A stretch of DNA of 64,000 bases from Nitrososphaerota archaeon (lineage in GTDB: Archaea > Thermoproteota > Nitrososphaeria > Nitrososphaerales > JACPRH01). The translations under genes and the position numbers were made by a program. Positions 60,412 to 64,000 of the stretch are shown piece after piece. The stretch covers positions 35,233 through 99,232 of the forward strand of contig JACPRH010000005.1 of assembly GCA_016190055.1 (NCBI GenBank), written 5' to 3'. Within the stretch, counting starts at the first letter, position 1. Each line of letters opens with the position of its first letter. The notes beneath the pieces are model-generated. The model was not told where the DNA came from and searched no databases. It saw nothing but the letters and a program-made list of their open reading frames with translations.

Positions 60412-61167
60412 ATGCCAATGAGCGAGAGGGAAGAGTTCGCACGCACCGGAATTAAGGGTGTAGATGAGATTTTAGCGAACAAAGGGATACCGCGAAGCTA
60501 CGTCGTATTTGTAATTGGAAGCCCCGGCAGTGGAAAGACTACGTTGGCGCTACAGTTCCTCTACAACGGCGTCAAAGAGTACGGTGAGAATGGCGTCTAT
60601 GTTTCGCTTGACGAGGAACCTGACGCGTTGGTGAAAAACGCCAAGGCGGTTGGTCTCGATCTCTCCAAGATGATTAAGGATGATAAGTTAGCAATTATTG
60701 ATGCATCGCCTATCAGATTCCTTCCCGGAGAAGTAAAGCTGGGCGATATCTCGGTTGGGAAACGAGAGTTTGCGCTCATCTCTCTGATTGACGCTATTAA
60801 GAAGAATGTGGAGAGGCTTGGTGCAAAAAGACTGGTAGTTGACCCGCTCGCGACCCTTATACTTCAGTACCCTGATGCGGCGGAGCGTCGAACAGCGGTT
60901 CTGGATCTTATGCAGGCAATAGCTTCAACAGGCTGCACGACTCTTCTGATATCTGAGTTAACGACAAGCTCGCTGTACCGGAAGTATCAGTTTGAAGAGT
61001 TCTTAGCTCAAGGTGTCCTTATCCTGAGAAAGATACTGAGGCCCGGTGGAATGCTGAGGATATTCAGCGTAGAGAAGATGCGCGGGGTTGACCATGATAC
61101 GCAGCCTCACCCATATAAGATCGGGGACGGCGGCATAGAGGTCTATCCTTCAGAGATAGCTCTGTGA
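60412..61167 (+). CDS. Single-domain KaiC/RadB-like RecA-superfamily ATPase
   Basis: Walker A GSPGSGKTT, Walker B RLVVDPL, and typical blocks TGIKGVDEIL..GIP and FSVEKMRG..H. Confidence 0.85.
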   Translation: MPMSEREEFARTGIKGVDEILANKGIPRSYVVFVIGSPGSGKTTLALQFLYNGVKEYGENGVYVSLDEEPDALVKNAKAVGLDLSKMIKDDKLAIIDASPIRFLPGEVKLGDISVGKREFALISLIDAIKKNVERLGAKRLVVDPLATLILQYPDAAERRTAVLDLMQAIASTGCTTLLISELTTSSLYRKYQFEEFLAQGVLILRKILRPGGMLRIFSVEKMRGVDHDTQPHPYKIGDGGIEVYPSEIAL

Positions 61168-61217
61168 GAATAGCCTCTTAAGGAAGATAATTCTTCGAAC
61201 AAGCATGATGAAGTGGG

Positions 61218-61736
61218 ATGCGCGTCCTAGTCGTCTACTTCTCTTGGACGGGAAACACCCGAGCAGTTGCTGACGAATTGGTACGGCAGCTTTCACCGCA
61301 TCATAAGGTTGAGGTCTGCAGGATTGAGCCGCAGAAGCAGAGAGGCTACCTCAGATGGCTGCTATTGTCATTTATCCCGTCTTCAAAGGTCAAGATTCAA
61401 CCCGCAGTTGAAGACGTCTCAAAATACGATGCGATTGTTCTAGGCGGCCCGAAGTGGACCTTCAGCTGTCCTCCTGTGAACAGCTATCTCAGCAGGCTTA
61501 GTGGTTGTGAAGGTAAAAATGGGGCGATCTTTATCACGTACGGTGGCTTCGGGGAAGACAGATATCTCAACGGGTTGGTTAAGAAGATGGAGGCTAAAGG
61601 CTTGGATGTGCGTGCAACCTTGCTGGCTCGACGGAGCCAAGTTAGAAGCGGAGAGTATCGTAGTGGGGTCAAGGTGTTCTGCGGTGAAGTTGAGGCTGTG
61701 GCATCTATGAGGAAGGAAACAGGTGTGGTGCAGTAG
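61218..61736 (+). CDS. Flavodoxin-like fold protein
   Basis: N-terminus MRVLVVYFSWTGNTRAVADEL (FMN phosphate-binding loop pattern) and AIVLGGPKW. Confidence 0.7.
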   Translation: MRVLVVYFSWTGNTRAVADELVRQLSPHHKVEVCRIEPQKQRGYLRWLLLSFIPSSKVKIQPAVEDVSKYDAIVLGGPKWTFSCPPVNSYLSRLSGCEGKNGAIFITYGGFGEDRYLNGLVKKMEAKGLDVRATLLARRSQVRSGEYRSGVKVFCGEVEAVASMRKETGVVQ

Positions 61737-61739
61737 TCG

Positions 61740-62348
61740 TTGCCTAACGTTACTACTCGGTTGGTTGTTGGTATTTCAGGTGCTTCAGGCGCCATCTACG
61801 GGGTAAGGCTGCTTGAAGTGTTGAAGAGTAAGGGTGTTGAGACGCATCTCATAATCACTCCGTGGGGTGAAGAGATGATCAGGGTTGAGACAGATATGTC
61901 GCCTGACGATGTGAAGAACCTCGCAACACAGGTATATGATGATAAAGATATGGCGGCTCGCGTCTCAAGCGGCTCGTTCAAGTTCGATGGAATGGTAGTT
62001 ATCCCCTGCAGCATGAAGACTATCTCCGCGATTGCTAACGGATACGCCTCGACTCTCCTCGTTCGCGCAGCAGATGTCACGATGAAGGAGGGGCGGAAGC
62101 TGATTGTTGTTCCCCGGGAAACACCGGTAAACCAAGTGCATCTGAAGAATATGCTTCAGTTAGCCCAAATGGGAGTGACGGTGCTACCGGCGATGCCCGG
62201 CTTCTACCACCGACCCAAATCAATGGGCGACCTCGTCGATCATGTTGTAGGTAAGGTTCTGGATCAGTTCAACATAGAGCATAATCTCTACAAACGTTGG
62301 CAACCTATGAGAGACCAGCAACATCTTGCGGATCAGAAGCACTACTAA
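61740..62348 (+). CDS. ubiX: UbiX/Pad1-family flavin prenyltransferase
   Basis: LVVGISGASGAIYGVRLLEVL, VVIPCSMKTISAIANG and LIVVPRETP blocks. TTG start 3 nt after the flavodoxin-like stop. Confidence 0.9.
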   Translation: MPNVTTRLVVGISGASGAIYGVRLLEVLKSKGVETHLIITPWGEEMIRVETDMSPDDVKNLATQVYDDKDMAARVSSGSFKFDGMVVIPCSMKTISAIANGYASTLLVRAADVTMKEGRKLIVVPRETPVNQVHLKNMLQLAQMGVTVLPAMPGFYHRPKSMGDLVDHVVGKVLDQFNIEHNLYKRWQPMRDQQHLADQKHY

Positions 62349-62360
62349 CTAGCTCAAGAA

Positions 62361-62370
62361 GCTAGCTAGC
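62361..62370. repeat. GCTAGCTAGC palindrome, exact copy 4 of 4
   Basis: Exact string between the convergent stops of ubiX (62346-62348) and the nitroreductase (62373-62375). Confidence 0.9.
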
Positions 62371-62372
62371 CA

Positions 62373-62897
62373 CTACCATTTTTCCCAGTGTACCAGATCT
62401 TTCAGAGGCCTGCGGCTGATATTTGCCAAAACCTCTTCACGCGGTCTGCCTTCAATTGTTAACGGTTGGTTAGGAAGAGGATAGCCGAAGGAGATTTCTA
62501 TCGGAATATCTTTGTTTTCAGGAACATCTAGAAGGGTACGTGCTTGACTTTCGTAGTGGAGTGAAGCAATGCAGGAGCCGACTCCTTCACCCCAAGCAGC
62601 CAGCATCATGTTCTGCGAAGCTCTTCCTATGTCAAATGACGCAAAATGGCTGCGCTCATTTACTATGACAATCGCTGTGTCTGCGCCGCTGATGTGGCTT
62701 GCGTATCGTCCGCATTTGGATAATTTGTTCAACGTATCTTTATCACGTATAACGATGAAATGCCACGGCTCAACATTCTTTGCACTGCCCGTCCAGCGCC
62801 CAGCCTGCAGAATCCGAGTCAAAGTTTCATCAGACAATCGCCGCTTAGTAAAATAACGAACTGCTCGGAGACGGGTAATAGTTTCAAAAAGAGTCAT
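62373..62897 (-). CDS. Nitroreductase-family flavoprotein
   Basis: MTLFETITRLRAVRYFTKRRL is the typical nitroreductase N-terminus, supported by ILQAGRWTGSAKNVEPWHFIVI. I use the internal ATG at 62897. The track TTG at 62954 would run into repeat copy B. Confidence 0.8.
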   Translation of the reverse strand: MTLFETITRLRAVRYFTKRRLSDETLTRILQAGRWTGSAKNVEPWHFIVIRDKDTLNKLSKCGRYASHISGADTAIVIVNERSHFASFDIGRASQNMMLAAWGEGVGSCIASLHYESQARTLLDVPENKDIPIEISFGYPLPNQPLTIEGRPREEVLANISRRPLKDLVHWEKW

Positions 62898-62941
62898 AAA
62901 AAGATCCAAACTGAGAAGAACGCTACTCATAGATAAATTAT

Positions 62942-63030
62942 AGGTGTTTCCCAAGCCGGCACCCGCAGGCTGGAACGACTACGTTGGTTATTGCGTTAAT
63001 TTTGACCTAATCAGAAGCATTAATAGCTCA
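62942..63030. repeat. ~90-nt intergenic repeat, copy B (core GCCGGCACCCGCAGGCTGGAACGA at 62955-62978)
   Basis: The core and the downstream block gttaattttgacctaatcagaagcattaatag align with copy C (gttagtttcgacgtaatgagaagcattattag). Confidence 0.65.
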
Positions 63031-63080
63031 GAAAAGGAAGTCTTCGATTGCTAGCACCGTGTAGGAATTATGCTATTATG

Positions 63081-63317
63081 CTATTTCTTATGGCTCGGCT
63101 TAAACACGAATCCTTCGATAATCTGTCGAACGTCCTTGCCTTCCTTTCTTGACTGCTTCCAAATTTCTTCTTTTCTCCCAGGGGGTAGCTTGTTCCAGTA
63201 TTTCGCTACCTCGTCTTTAACTTCGAACACATAATATTCACCCTGCTTGAACGGGGTTTCGCGGCCCTTCTCTACAATAGGTAACGTCCCATCGTCTCGG
63301 ACTCTGATTGAAACCAT
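63081..63317 (-). CDS. Hypothetical small protein (78 aa), flanked by repeat copies B and C
   Basis: ATG start and a Lys/Glu-rich, protein-like sequence. No family recognised. Confidence 0.45.
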   Translation of the reverse strand: MVSIRVRDDGTLPIVEKGRETPFKQGEYYVFEVKDEVAKYWNKLPPGRKEEIWKQSRKEGKDVRQIIEGFVFKPSHKK

Positions 63318-63370
63318 GTATCTGCTTGCAAGGTCAACCGGTTAAAAAGATTACTTAAAGCGATACGACC

Positions 63371-63472
63371 AAATTAAAAGAAAGGGCAGGTGCATCCCTA
63401 GCCGGCACCTGTCGGCTGGAAGGATTAGGCGAGTTATAATGTTAGTTTCGACGTAATGAGAAGCATTATTAG
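63371..63472. repeat. ~90-nt intergenic repeat, copy C (core GCCGGCACCTGTCGGCTGGAAGGA at 63401-63424)
   Basis: aaattaaaagaaagggcaggtgcatccctagccggcacctgtcggctggaaggattaggc... Same orientation as copies A and B. Confidence 0.75.
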
Positions 63473-63496
63473 GCAAGTTTCGCAAAGACTACGCAT

Positions 63497-64000
63497 ATGC
63501 CGCGGTTCTTCGATCTTCTCGGCCGGAGCAAAAAGGCACAGGGGGAAAAAGTGGATCTTGCTGATCTTGAGGAGTGGCTGAGGAGACGCATTGACGCGGA
63601 GTTCAAGGAGGTTTGCCGAGAGGGTGAAGAGATTCTCCGGCGCGTGGAGGCGGCGCGCTCAGCTGTGAAGGAGGCGGCGGAGGACTTTTCAAAGTCCGAG
63701 ATAAGAACTGGGGAGTTGAATCAACCGCTTATCCCGCTGATTCGGAGTTCAAAGGAAAGTATTGCGGGTAAGGCGTTGAACACTGTTGGCAAAATTGAGA
63801 TTCCGCGTGTACAAGGATTCGAAAGTCTGGTCGAGGCTAGTCGAAGCTCCGTGCAGGCGTTGGCTCAAATGGATCAGACGCTTAGAACTCATGGGCGAGT
63901 CGTTTACTCGATTCTGGACAAGGAAATCCGTCCTCTACTGTCTCAGTTGAAGCAGATGCAGCGTGAGGTGGCCAGCCTCTCCAAATTAGTTGAGCAGCAT
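63497..64000 (+). CDS. Hypothetical coiled-coil protein, 5' partial (runs off the window end)
   Basis: ATG at 63497. The frame stays open to 64000 (168 codons): MPRFFDLLGRSKKAQGEKVDLADLEEWLRRRIDAEFKEV.... Not in the track because no stop falls inside the window. Confidence 0.45.
   Translation, partial: MPRFFDLLGRSKKAQGEKVDLADLEEWLRRRIDAEFKEVCREGEEILRRVEAARSAVKEAAEDFSKSEIRTGELNQPLIPLIRSSKESIAGKALNTVGKIEIPRVQGFESLVEASRSSVQALAQMDQTLRTHGRVVYSILDKEIRPLLSQLKQMQREVASLSKLVEQH

Noticed and set aside
63385-63420. H-type pseudoknot formed by the two overlapping stems of the repeat core
   Set aside because: The topology (a-b-a'-b') fits. However, the connecting loops would be 0-1 nt across 7-bp stems, which is sterically implausible. 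Alternative hairpins or a DNA-level palindrome are more likely.
42855-63472. Repeat copies A and C as att-like direct repeats bounding a 20.5-kb integrated element
   Set aside because: The enclosed DNA is core housekeeping (pcm, thrC-like, IPMDH-family, guaA, thermosome, ubiX). It has no integrase, tRNA target or phage/plasmid genes. A third copy (B) lies inside the interval.

Overview
This 64 kb window is a densely coding archaeal chromosomal segment. The archaeal assignment rests on an archaeal-type SAM synthetase, a thermosome, NucS/EndoMS, a RadA-like recombinase, an Sm-like protein, NFACT/Rqc2, a Fae-Hps fusion and an aspS-gatCAB operon. The Thr/Ser-rich, C-terminally anchored exoproteins and the overall gene content resemble TACK/Bathyarchaeia-type genomes, but lineage cannot be proven from this window. 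I support about 60 CDS. I recognised no rRNA, tRNA, CRISPR array, integrase or transposase. Most of the window is housekeeping: translation, DNA repair, chaperonin, nucleotide and amino-acid metabolism. Regions worth a second look:

- **24.7-35.7 kb:** an ABC importer is joined to a leaderless cytoplasmic paralog of its binding protein, a U32 (UbiU/V-like) plus SCP2 (UbiT-like) pair, a B12-radical SAM enzyme, an orphan corrinoid 'cap' mini-protein and an MtaA/URO-D-like methyltransferase. A membrane-anchored PQQ-like propeller and an MFS transporter follow.
- **58.3-61.2 kb:** a three-gene KaiC-like module, made of a pseudo-ATPase fused to a novel N-terminal domain, a stand-alone paralog of that domain, and an intact KaiC-like ATPase.
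- **44.8-47.5 kb:** a ThrC-like PLP enzyme, a GG-ended Ubl and an E1-like enzyme form one operon.
- **DNA-level signals:** four exact intergenic copies of the palindrome GCTAGCTAGC sit at gene 3' ends, and a roughly 90 nt intergenic repeat family has 3-4 copies.
- **39.2-43.1 kb:** a small accessory-looking islet carries a frameshifted DNA methyltransferase.
- **Missed ORFs:** two real-looking small zinc-ribbon ORFs were missed or mis-framed by the ORF track.

All functional calls come from motif and family recognition by eye. No database search was run.
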